The notes under the pieces were generated by a model that searched no databases, was not told the DNA's origin, and saw nothing but the letters and a program-made list of their open reading frames with translations. Source: Candidatus Hodarchaeota archaeon (GTDB lineage Archaea; Asgardarchaeota; Lokiarchaeia; Sigyniarchaeales; SOKP01). Taken from it: 64,000 bases of DNA. Below are positions 32,036-41,266 of the stretch, piece by piece (within the stretch, counting starts at the first letter, position 1; each line of letters starts with the position of its first letter). A program made the translations under genes and the position numbers. The stretch spans positions 1 through 64,000 of the forward strand of contig JBHLKM010000013.1 of NCBI GenBank assembly GCA_048886685.1, read 5' to 3'.

Positions 32036-33043
32036 CTATTTCTCTCTCCATTGAATCCCACAATTACCGCAGAGGTATTTTTTTCCATAAACTCTGGGGT
32101 AGTCTAAAATCACATTTGATTTATCAACACTCTCATGAATCATGTGGGGATCATCGTTTTCACACTCTGGACATCTTCTACGCCCTTCCATTTTCTCAAC
32201 GGTTAAAATCGAAGTGTCTGTTCTTCCAGGAATTCCTGGAGCTGCAGCAGAGGCTCTTACTTCTGAAATATCCGCTTTCACATCTGCTGGAGTTACTTCT
32301 CTGACTTCTGATTTAAATTCTGGTTGGATTGCTGCGGCAATTCTATCATCTTCATCAATCCCTTCTAACACCGATTCAGCTTTTAATTGTACAGCATCAG
32401 ATTCTTTATAATCTTCCCCTCTATCAATAGCAGCAAGAAAGTCAGCATCATTACCTTCTTCAAAGATTGTTTCTTGTTGTAATCCGGCTCTATCAGCGTC
32501 TATTGATCGCGCCCATTGACCCGCTCTAACTTTTTCTGTCGTAGTACATGATTTTCCCTGCCAGATATATACTTTATTTCCTAAATCAGCAACAAAACAA
32601 TCTTCTGATTCAAGTGAATCTTTAGAAAAGGGTACCTGAATCATTTTCATAGCATTTATATCTTCGAATTCTTCCGACGAAACTCGATAAAGAATATTTT
32701 TCCATTCGTGAAATTGTGCAAAATCGCCAGTAGTTACATCCTTAAGTAAAGTTTTAGCATAATTTTTCTCTACAATCTTCATAGCACCCATAGTGGCAAT
32801 TAATGCTAGAAAATCTTTTGTTTCAAAACCTTGATCTACAGTAATTATTTTTGCAGCTCCACCACGTTGTTGGTCTAATGTTCTTGCTTGAGCAGCTCCA
32901 GCAGTTTTTTCATCTACCGAGCATTTATTTCCAATCCATACGAATATTGTTTTTTCTGCGTCGACGAGGTAAACGTCCCCGCTGGAAAAGATGGGTTTAT
33001 TGATTTCTTTTAATTGACCTTGATCAACTAGGAAAAGTTTCAT
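32036..33043 (-). CDS. Two-domain gelsolin-like protein with C-terminal Zn ribbon
   Basis: Two gelsolin repeats (FSSGDVYLVD..IFVWIGNKCSVDEK; LESEDCFVAD..VYIWQGKSC..EK...EEGND..F) plus CPEC...CGNC. Confidence 0.88.
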   Translation of the reverse strand: MKLFLVDQGQLKEINKPIFSSGDVYLVDAEKTIFVWIGNKCSVDEKTAGAAQARTLDQQRGGAAKIITVDQGFETKDFLALIATMGAMKIVEKNYAKTLLKDVTTGDFAQFHEWKNILYRVSSEEFEDINAMKMIQVPFSKDSLESEDCFVADLGNKVYIWQGKSCTTTEKVRAGQWARSIDADRAGLQQETIFEEGNDADFLAAIDRGEDYKESDAVQLKAESVLEGIDEDDRIAAAIQPEFKSEVREVTPADVKADISEVRASAAAPGIPGRTDTSILTVEKMEGRRRCPECENDDPHMIHESVDKSNVILDYPRVYGKKYLCGNCGIQWREK

Positions 33044-33139
33044 ATAAAATTCTCACTATTTTTTTTTTTTAAAATTTTCTTTAAATGCATTATAAAACTA
33101 GGCTTATAAAAATTTGTGTGAAAAAATACTCTCCTTAAA

Positions 33140-34531
33140 TTAAAAATCATCTAGAGCGAGATTTATTCTTCTTACCAATTCAGGTATATCATTAAGATCT
33201 ATTGAACAATATGCAATTCGAATCCCATTTATGTTTTCTTCTGGTTTTTCGATAGGAATTATTCCCACTTTATATTTACGTAGTAACTGGTCACCAAAGT
33301 GATTTGCCTTTATTTTATTCGGATTTAAATTTAAAAATAGGAAAAATCCTCCCGAATTTGGATCAATTGAAATATTAGGATTATTGATCTTACTAAGTTC
33401 AGAATTTATTTTCTCATATCGTTTTTTAAGTAAGTCATTTACTTTCTTCCGTGAGGAAAGAAATTGTTCGATTCCTTTTTCTTTAAATAGTTTTTGAGTA
33501 ATAGCTTGATAAAAGTGGTTACAATTAGATATTGTTGCACGATTGAATCCTTCTAATTTGTTATGAATTTCAGTCTTAAGAATCTCCAGTTCCTCCTCAC
33601 TTTTAACCCAACTTGGCTTTAACCCAAAAGTTATAAATCCAATCCTTCCTCCATATATTAAAAGCTCTTTAGTAATTCCATCAAGTTTTATTGGGATGAC
33701 ATTCTCATCTAATTCAAGTAAATCATAGAATATTGACCTATTTGAAGCATCCTCTTCATAAACATAAGGTTCATATGCATCATCTACTATTACAATTATT
33801 GGTTTTTTCAGGGTTTTTTGCTTTTTCTGCAAAAGTGATATAATTTCATCAACTTCTTTTTTAAGAGGGACGTATCCTGTAGGATTATTTGGAAAATTTA
33901 AAATAAGGATAATCTTTTCCTGGATTTGTACAACTTCATCAATAGCTAATTCTAAGCTTTCCAAGTTAAAATTTTGATCCTTAAAAAATTCAAAAGATTT
34001 AATCTTAGCACCAATAAATTTCTCAATTATGTTGTCATAATTGCCCCATCTCTTATTAGGGGCAATAATAGTTTCACCAGAGTTTAGAAATAATGAACAA
34101 CTATGGTAAATTCCATTAGTGACTCCAGCAGTAATAATTGGTGTTGTAATATAATTCTCTAATCTTAATAATAAATGTTTTTCCTTTTCTTTATCATAAT
34201 TTGCCTTTCTTAAGATCCAGTTTTTCCAAATTTCTCTTGTTTCATTTAAGCCTCCAATAGACGCATACGGGACAATTTGCTCAACATTTAAGCTAGTGTA
34301 TTCTGATATTTCTTTAAGATAACATGGCAACCAATCAGAACTTCCCCCTTCAATGAAATCTTTTTCATATCCAAAGGCGGATCCTATAGTTCCTATTAAT
34401 TCTGCTTCCTTTTTTGCTCGTCCAGACCAAAAGAAAATTCCCTGTGGTAAAAAAAGTCTTCTGCCTAATTTTGAATACGCATTATAAAGTGGAGTTTTCT
34501 TAAGAATAGTAAATTCCATATTTTTTCTCAT
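33140..34531 (-). CDS. PLP-dependent aminotransferase class I/II
   Basis: NFPNNPTGY, DDAY, DGITKE...GGRIGF. Confidence 0.9.
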   Translation of the reverse strand: MRKNMEFTILKKTPLYNAYSKLGRRLFLPQGIFFWSGRAKKEAELIGTIGSAFGYEKDFIEGGSSDWLPCYLKEISEYTSLNVEQIVPYASIGGLNETREIWKNWILRKANYDKEKEKHLLLRLENYITTPIITAGVTNGIYHSCSLFLNSGETIIAPNKRWGNYDNIIEKFIGAKIKSFEFFKDQNFNLESLELAIDEVVQIQEKIILILNFPNNPTGYVPLKKEVDEIISLLQKKQKTLKKPIIVIVDDAYEPYVYEEDASNRSIFYDLLELDENVIPIKLDGITKELLIYGGRIGFITFGLKPSWVKSEEELEILKTEIHNKLEGFNRATISNCNHFYQAITQKLFKEKGIEQFLSSRKKVNDLLKKRYEKINSELSKINNPNISIDPNSGGFFLFLNLNPNKIKANHFGDQLLRKYKVGIIPIEKPEENINGIRIAYCSIDLNDIPELVRRINLALDDF

Positions 34532-34633
34532 CCCGTATTGAAATTCATTCTAATCTTATACTATTAATAAATAATGTATATTAATGAAATTTATTTAGTG
34601 AATTTAAATAAAAATAAATATTAAAGAAGAAAT

Positions 34634-35104
34634 ATGAATGAGGAAAATAATTTAGGAGAGTCTGAACAAAAAGAAACAGATGAAAAGCCATTTCGAAAGG
34701 GTTGGAATAACCTAATTGAAGGGTTTAAAGGAGGATTTGAAAAATTACAGCACTCATTAGAAGAACAATCGAAGAAAAACAAGGAATTGTGGGAAGAAAA
34801 TAAAGAAAAGTTTACTAAATTCTTTAAAGATGCCAAACAAGAATGGGATAATAAAGTAGAAAAATGGAAATCTAATATGGAACAAAAGCAAATAGAATCA
34901 AAAGAACAGTGGGACGCTTATAAAAATAAGATTAGTCAAGATTTTAAAAATTGGCAGGAAAAAACAAAACAAGATTGGCAGGATGGCGTTAAAGCCTTTA
35001 GAAAGGGATTTTTCAAAGCTTATTTTTGGTTTTTGCTTTTAACTATTCCGATTCTTATTATAGTTATAGTTATATTGTATGTGGTAAATAGATTAATCGG
35101 TTAA
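34634..35104 (+). CDS. Amphipathic-helix repeat protein with C-terminal TM anchor
   Basis: Regularly spaced Trp/Phe in a K/E/Q-rich helix; terminal hydrophobic segment. Confidence 0.65.
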   Translation: MNEENNLGESEQKETDEKPFRKGWNNLIEGFKGGFEKLQHSLEEQSKKNKELWEENKEKFTKFFKDAKQEWDNKVEKWKSNMEQKQIESKEQWDAYKNKISQDFKNWQEKTKQDWQDGVKAFRKGFFKAYFWFLLLTIPILIIVIVILYVVNRLIG

Positions 35105-35135
35105 AGAATTCACAGTTTCTTATTTATCTTAAAAA

Positions 35136-35795
35136 ATGATTGAAATTTTTCTAATTTCTTTTGTGGTTGGGATTTCAGGAGCGGTAACCCCTGGACCAGT
35201 TTTAACATTTACAATATACAAATCCATTAAAGAAAAAAAAGGATATCTTGCAGGATTCTTCATAGTTTTAGGTCATCTTGTTTTAGAATTAGCTTTATTG
35301 ATTACTCTATTAATAGGAGCATCCTTGCTTTTTCAAAATTTGATCTTTCTAATAATATTAGGAATAGTCGGGGGGAGTTGCTTAATAACATTTGGTATCT
35401 TAACCATAAGGGATGTATATAATCGGCGTTATGAAATTAAAATTGATTTAGACAATCAAGATGTAAATAATTTTAGAGGTAATAGTTTTATTGGGGGGAT
35501 TTTCTATTCTGTTACTAATCCATATTGGGAATTTTGGTGGGCCACTGCAGGTATCAAAATAATGTATGATTTAAATGTGTCGCTTAGTCAACCATTAGGT
35601 TTTTTATTATTCTTTTTGGGACATGAATTATCAGATTTCGTTTGGTATGTGCCCATTTCTATTGGCCTCTTTTTAGGGGGGAAAGCTCTAAATCCTAACA
35701 TTTATAAGTATGTTCTAATAACGTGTGGTGCTTTTATGATAATTTTCGGAATATATTTATCTTTTAACACAGTCCTATTTCCTCCTAGTGTATGA
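35136..35795 (+). CDS. LysE-family translocator
   Basis: GAVTPGP, GHLVLE, NPYWxxWW, GHELSD. Confidence 0.85.
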   Translation: MIEIFLISFVVGISGAVTPGPVLTFTIYKSIKEKKGYLAGFFIVLGHLVLELALLITLLIGASLLFQNLIFLIILGIVGGSCLITFGILTIRDVYNRRYEIKIDLDNQDVNNFRGNSFIGGIFYSVTNPYWEFWWATAGIKIMYDLNVSLSQPLGFLLFFLGHELSDFVWYVPISIGLFLGGKALNPNIYKYVLITCGAFMIIFGIYLSFNTVLFPPSV

Positions 35796-35888
35796 TCTAG
35801 ATGTTATTCATATATTTTAGAACTTTTTAACGATTAATTCTCAGCAATCAGATTCTCAATTTAAATAAGGTTTGTTTTTCTGGTCAAT

Positions 35889-36164
35889 ATGGAAGAAAAT
35901 CTAGCAGATAATGAATTTCGCAAATTTCTCATAAGAAAACTATTAACTGTATGTCCAATATGTCAAAAAAAAATCTACGGTAAAGATATTGACATATTAA
36001 ATATCGATACTTCTAAAATAAATCATTGGCCATTAAGATATGTTTATTGCCATGCAAGTAATAATGTACCCTTACATGCCTTAACTCTTTATCTTGACTC
36101 TGGTTTTTCCGTTAGGGGAAATGATGTGTCAAATTTTATCAAAATTGAATATCAGGAAAAGTAG
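35889..36164 (+). CDS. Small hypothetical Zn-binding protein
   Basis: CPIC...YCH...H; 91 aa. Confidence 0.6.
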   Translation: MEENLADNEFRKFLIRKLLTVCPICQKKIYGKDIDILNIDTSKINHWPLRYVYCHASNNVPLHALTLYLDSGFSVRGNDVSNFIKIEYQEK

Positions 36165-36360
36165 CTTAATACTTCTCTAATTCTTGATCTTCTTGCCCCT
36201 TATATAAATCTGAATGCTTCTCAATGCCCAAATCTAATCAGAATTAGAAATTTTTTTTTATATAAATATAAGGAATTGTAGTTACAATTGCTAAAGTCTT
36301 ACGAAAGATCAATAATAGTTTATGGACGAATATACTTTAAATTATTTCACAAATACGATA

Positions 36361-38418
36361 TTATAGCTCTTGATCTTCTTGTCTTTCATATAATTCTGAA
36401 TGAGGTTCAAGGAAATGATTTTGACACATCGGGCAAGTATTATACTTAGATACCCACCAAACTATGCATAAGTAATGATATGTACTACCACAGAAAGGAC
36501 ATGTTATCACTTTATCTTTAACAAAATCAATAAATTTGTGGCAAACCGTGCATTGTACTTCTGAAGCTGAGATTCCTTTGCTCAATTTTACTCGATTCGC
36601 TAAAATCGTTTCTAATTTTGATAATTCTACCTGATAGAGTCCAAGAGAGTTATTTAAATGACTAATTTTTGAATTTATTTCAGCGATTCTTTCTCTCAAT
36701 TCATTCTCAGTTAACTTTTCAGCAAGGAACGCTGATAATGCAAAATTTAGCGGTAGTTCTTCAAAATTTTCAGTTTGTTCAGAGATTTCAGTGATGGTTG
36801 CAAATAAAAATCCTTCTTTATCAAGTAATTCCTTAAAGCTTTTAAATAGCTTATTTATCAGAAGAGATATAAGAAAGGTTAATTGCTGTCTTTTACGATT
36901 AAAATTTTCTTCCCATAATTTTATTATTTGATAAATATCAATATCTTGACTCTTTTTAGAATCAAGCATTTTATATACTTCATCTTTAATATTTTGAATT
37001 TTTGCTGTATATCGGACCAGAATCTCCCTAATCTGTTTTAATTGAGGAAATTCTTCTTTAATTATTAATGATGTTTCATCTTCATATGATATGATTAGTT
37101 CATTAAGTTCTGAGATTTTTCCCTTGATGAATTTTCTAATATTTACTCTAACTTCTTCATCTTTGACAGTTTGAATGAAGGATAAATATTCATTTTTTCT
37201 ACGATATATTTCAGATGATACATTTCCAAAGATCTTCCTATATGATTCTGTTATATTATCATATGGAATAAGAAAATTTTCTAACATTAGAACCCAATCT
37301 TCGACTTCTTGTATCTTTGAATAAAATCTATCTATTTTTGTATAATAAAAGTTTGCAATCTTCTCGAATTCTTCGGTTTCAGTGTCATCATGGATCTTCT
37401 CTTGGAATTTCTTTTCTAGTCCTAAAATATAGTAATCCACAATTTTCGGTAGGAATATCCTAATTTTCTGGTCTTTTAATGTTTTGAGTTCAATATCTAC
37501 ATTTTTATCCTTTAAATCAAATTCCTCAATTTCTACAACAATATCATGAAATTTTTCCAAAATTAACTCTTTAAGAAGGGGTTTTACAAATTGTTTGAGA
37601 TTTTGAATAATTTCTTTCCTTTCAAGGATGTTTATAAATTCGTCCCCTTGATATTCTTCAATGATCCTATTAAAATTTAGGAGATACGTTAAATCAAAAT
37701 ATAGATTGACCTTTTTTTCATTTTTAGATAAAAAAAATTGATAAAGCTCATCAAAATGAAATGTTAATATAAATTCTTCCTTATCTTTTTTCCGTTTTTT
37801 AATAAATGCTTCATTTAAACTTTTAATAAAAGTGTATACCTCTTTAATCTCATCCCAATCTCCCAATACTGCTGGGATTTCATTTAATTTGAAGTTTAGA
37901 TTTTTATTTTTATTTATTTCAACCCATAAATGTAGTTGATCGTCATAAAGTTTCTGAGTTTCTTTTAATGCAGTTATTATCTTAGACGCAATATCATTAC
38001 TTTGGCGAAGTAGATCGAGTATATTTGATATTGTATTGTTTAAAATTACATTACCATTTTTTATTAAACGTTTTATGTTCGAACAATTTGAATTAAAATT
38101 TTGTAAATTGTTAATTATTTGATTTAATTCCGTTAGAATCCCAGATTTTAAATGATAATAATATTTATTATTAAGTTCTGTTTCAGAATTGATTATATAC
38201 GTATTCAAGAAAGTGGTTATTTCATCTAAATATTTAGAATATGAATCCAATATTGTGGATGATAAATTTAACTTTGTTTCTATGAATTGAGTAATTTCTG
38301 ACTCTTCAACCTTCTCTGCTTTGAACTTTGTTAATATGTCTTTAATCTCAAGAATTTCTTCCTTGGTAAAGATCATTACTTCTGTAGTATCATGGAAAGT
38401 GTTATTAATTAAATTCAT
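36361..38418 (-). CDS. Long helical/coiled-coil protein with C-terminal RING-type finger (candidate E3 ligase)
   Basis: CTVC-x13-CPFC-x4-H-x2-C-x2-WW-x6-CPMC at the C-terminus. Confidence 0.75.
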   Translation of the reverse strand: MNLINNTFHDTTEVMIFTKEEILEIKDILTKFKAEKVEESEITQFIETKLNLSSTILDSYSKYLDEITTFLNTYIINSETELNNKYYYHLKSGILTELNQIINNLQNFNSNCSNIKRLIKNGNVILNNTISNILDLLRQSNDIASKIITALKETQKLYDDQLHLWVEINKNKNLNFKLNEIPAVLGDWDEIKEVYTFIKSLNEAFIKKRKKDKEEFILTFHFDELYQFFLSKNEKKVNLYFDLTYLLNFNRIIEEYQGDEFINILERKEIIQNLKQFVKPLLKELILEKFHDIVVEIEEFDLKDKNVDIELKTLKDQKIRIFLPKIVDYYILGLEKKFQEKIHDDTETEEFEKIANFYYTKIDRFYSKIQEVEDWVLMLENFLIPYDNITESYRKIFGNVSSEIYRRKNEYLSFIQTVKDEEVRVNIRKFIKGKISELNELIISYEDETSLIIKEEFPQLKQIREILVRYTAKIQNIKDEVYKMLDSKKSQDIDIYQIIKLWEENFNRKRQQLTFLISLLINKLFKSFKELLDKEGFLFATITEISEQTENFEELPLNFALSAFLAEKLTENELRERIAEINSKISHLNNSLGLYQVELSKLETILANRVKLSKGISASEVQCTVCHKFIDFVKDKVITCPFCGSTYHYLCIVWWVSKYNTCPMCQNHFLEPHSELYERQEDQEL

Positions 38419-38533
38419 AATTATTTTCCCCGTAATATGGATTCTAATTCATAATAAAAGGAAGAAATCATGTAATAAATTATTAATGATTATTAGGCAA
38501 TATATTAAATTTTAAGAAAAAGACTTGTGAAAG

Positions 38534-39151
38534 TTATTCACCTAATTCTTTAACCTCTAAATACTTTTCTTTTGATCCATCCTTAGTTATCGTCAAAATA
38601 TCAATTCCATTACCAGACATTACATCCCGTGAAATTGAATTCCTTATTGCTTTCTCTACTAATTTTTCACCAGAAGCAACAGTCATATCAAGTTTATATT
38701 CAGCTTCTAAAATACCAATTGACAACAGCATTCCAGTTCCAGTAGTTCCATAATCATCCGGCATTAAACTCCCAATCGCGTCCAGTGTATATAATTCAGG
38801 ACCACCGATATCCATACCCGCAACAACCAAATTTGTATATAGCGGCATCATTTTCCTTGAATATAAATAATTTGATACCATTTTTCCCATGCTTCTAGTA
38901 GAAATTCTCTCCCCAGCATCTAAAAGATATAAATTAGCTTGTGCTCTTAAAATTTTCACAAGAATCTGAAAATCACCAATCAAACCATAAGCTGCCATTC
39001 CAATATATTCTGTTATTTTAAACACTTTTTTTGTGGATTTGTTTGTAACTGTATATCCCCAAGTTGCCCTTCGATCATTTCCAAGAACAACGCCATCTTT
39101 ACATTTGATAGCTACGCCACAAGCGCCAGGAACCATAATTTGCTGAGCCAT
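38534..39151 (-). CDS. psmB: 20S proteasome beta subunit, probably non-catalytic
   Basis: KCKDGVVLGNDRRAT, KKVFKI, RDVMSGNG; the usual G-TTT N-terminus is replaced by PGACG. Confidence 0.92.
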   Translation of the reverse strand: MAQQIMVPGACGVAIKCKDGVVLGNDRRATWGYTVTNKSTKKVFKITEYIGMAAYGLIGDFQILVKILRAQANLYLLDAGERISTRSMGKMVSNYLYSRKMMPLYTNLVVAGMDIGGPELYTLDAIGSLMPDDYGTTGTGMLLSIGILEAEYKLDMTVASGEKLVEKAIRNSISRDVMSGNGIDILTITKDGSKEKYLEVKELGE

Positions 39152-39340
39152 AAAATATTCACTTATAAGTATTGAATTATTATGTTTATTTTGTTATTAT
39201 AAATAAACAGAGCTAATTAAAATTTGTGCTTTAAATTTATAAAATTTAACACTTTACACCCAAACATAATGAACTTTTATTCTTCTTCAACAGCTATTAT
39301 TTTTCATATCACAATTACTAATATGATCTCTAGATTGAAA

Positions 39341-39750
39341 TCAAATTTTACTTCTAAATTCAATTATGATATAATGATTATGATCACACAAATCATCTTA
39401 TTATGTTTAGTAGGGATCGTTTGGTTTAATTAGAAATTTTTTAGTTCTCCTCTAAACCATAAAGAAATAGTGTTTATAGAAATTTTTCTCACTATTACCA
39501 TTTGAATTATTGTGTGTACAAAAAAATTACTTCATATTTTTTGAATGATTTTCCCGTATATGATCACATAATTAACAATAACCCACTTGATTGGGATTAT
39601 CATTTTTAATTAAAAATTTTTTAATTCCCCATTAAATTATAGTAAAACCAATTATAACAACCAATTAACCAACATTGGATTCCGAACCATTGTGATTCTA
39701 AAAAAATTACTTCATATTTTTTCAATGATCAACCATTGCATGATCATGGG
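39341..39750. repeat. Degenerate ungapped 180-bp tandem repeat (about 2.3 units) upstream of the histone gene
   Basis: TGATCA at 39381, 39561 and 39741; 39520-39549 vs 39700-39729 match at 29/30; 39411-39460 vs 39591-39640 match at 36/50 without gaps. Confidence 0.85.
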
Positions 39751-39949
39751 TGATGACTCTTTAATTAAAACCCCAATTTTTTGTCGTGATTTTTTTTTCA
39801 TTTAACTCTTCATAATCTGCTGATTTTGTCAAAACATTTAAATAACTCTTCAAACATTATATTATCTAAGACACTTTAAAAATAACCAACAAAAAAATTA
39901 AAAACTTAAATTTTAAGATTTAAATCTAAAAATTTTGGAGGAATAAAAA

Positions 39950-40168
39950 ATGGCTAAAAAGAAACATTCGTTTGCGTGGTCTCCAATCAGGAGATTAATG
40001 AAACAACAAGGTGCTAGCATTGTGGCTCGCAACGCAGTAGATTTATTGATTGATCATTTAGAGAAGACTGCCACCGCATTAACCGAACAAGCAAGAACCT
40101 TCACCATGCACGCGAACCGCAAGAAGATAACTAAGAATGATCTACTCTTATCCATCAAATATAAGTAA
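39950..40168 (+). CDS. Archaeal histone (HMf-like fold) with short Lys-rich N-terminus
   Basis: PIRRLMK..GA..V...A...L...L...A......HANRKKITKND; GGAGG RBS upstream. Confidence 0.93.
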   Translation: MAKKKHSFAWSPIRRLMKQQGASIVARNAVDLLIDHLEKTATALTEQARTFTMHANRKKITKNDLLLSIKYK

Positions 40169-40192
40169 ACAGTAAATTAATGGGTAAGATAA

Positions 40193-40230
40193 ATTTTTAA
40201 TTTTTTTCCTTTTTTTTCCTTTTTCTTTTA
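40193..40230 (+). terminator. Oligo-T terminator after the histone gene
   Basis: Several T runs directly downstream of the stop codon. Confidence 0.5.
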
Positions 40231-40263
40231 ATTTCTATTATATAGAGTATAATTTGTATAATC

Positions 40264-41058
40264 TCATTTAGTAGGATTTAATTTCCAAATTTTAAATGAC
40301 TCAATAATAAAAACTATTGTTCCAAAAATCAAAAAAAACAACAAAAACAAACTCAGTGGTTCTGAAATAAATTTATCACCATGGAGTAGAGCAAGGATAG
40401 AATAGACAATAAAACCCAGAATATAGATTATTAGGTATAGTGAAATTCGAGGGATCACTCGAGTTCCAATGCGTATAAAAAATTTGAGTATCCTTATTTT
40501 GACTTCTTTATTTATTGTATATTTTCCTTCCTCAGGGCTTTTTAATATAACTCCATCATTCAGTAATTTTGTTATTTGATAAGCTACTGTTCCAGATGAT
40601 GAAAAATTCAATGCTTTCTGGATTTCTCTAATTCCAGCATGGTTATGAGTATATATATACCAGTACACTTGAAGTGCTTTGCCTTCTATTGAAGTTTCTG
40701 TTATTTCGGTTTTTGCTTGCTTTATCAGTTTTATTGATTCTTCAGATTCTTGAATGATAGCCCCATAATAAGACTTAGAGAGAAAATGGATAACAAGAAT
40801 CAAAAATCCATAAAGAACAAACAAAATAATAGAGAAAAAGAGAAAAAATTCTATAACACTCTGGTTGTAATCCGTTTGACAATATTGAAATAAAGAAATA
40901 ATTGTTATTATCCCATGAAAAATAGTCAAATAATAAAAAATTCTTTTGAGATAGAACATTACAAATCTTTTAACACGTAAAATTTTAGATCTAGGCTCGA
41001 AAAATGCACTAAGTTTTTCATCTGGAATCTTAGTTTTTTTGGATGTCATAATTACCAA
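40264..41058 (-). CDS. Membrane-embedded winged-helix transcription regulator
   Basis: TM-TM, then wHTH (VYWYI...GIREIQKALNFSSSGTVAYQITKLLNDG...GKY), then TM-TM. Confidence 0.75.
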   Translation of the reverse strand: MVIMTSKKTKIPDEKLSAFFEPRSKILRVKRFVMFYLKRIFYYLTIFHGIITIISLFQYCQTDYNQSVIEFFLFFSIILFVLYGFLILVIHFLSKSYYGAIIQESEESIKLIKQAKTEITETSIEGKALQVYWYIYTHNHAGIREIQKALNFSSSGTVAYQITKLLNDGVILKSPEEGKYTINKEVKIRILKFFIRIGTRVIPRISLYLIIYILGFIVYSILALLHGDKFISEPLSLFLLFFLIFGTIVFIIESFKIWKLNPTK

Positions 41059-41163
41059 TAATTTTCCCTAATATTGTTTATCCATTTTCAATTATTAAAT
41101 GTTATTAACGTTATTTAAATCAGAATCCAAATAAAAATGTTAAAAAAATGAAATATATTACAT

Positions 41164-41181
41164 TGTTCAGAATTCTGAACA
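41164..41181. promoter_or_regulatory. Perfect 18-bp palindrome TGTTCAGAATTCTGAACA, candidate operator
   Basis: Lies between the divergent wHTH regulator gene and a membrane protein gene. Confidence 0.65.
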
Positions 41182-41266
41182 GAAAAACATATTTAACGAT
41201 AGAATGGATACTTATTAATGAAGTAAATGTATCCAAAAAACTAGTTTCTATTATTTTTTTAAGAGA

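Noticed and set aside
39224-39433. 69-aa ORF in the psmB-histone gap
   Set aside because: TTG start without RBS, low-complexity AT-rich translation, and it overlaps the non-coding 180-bp repeat.
39520-39729. 30-bp direct repeat read as a CRISPR array or ORB-type origin
   Set aside because: The spacer is 150 bp and itself repeated, there are no cas genes, and no recognisable ORB G-string or adjacent orc1/cdc6.
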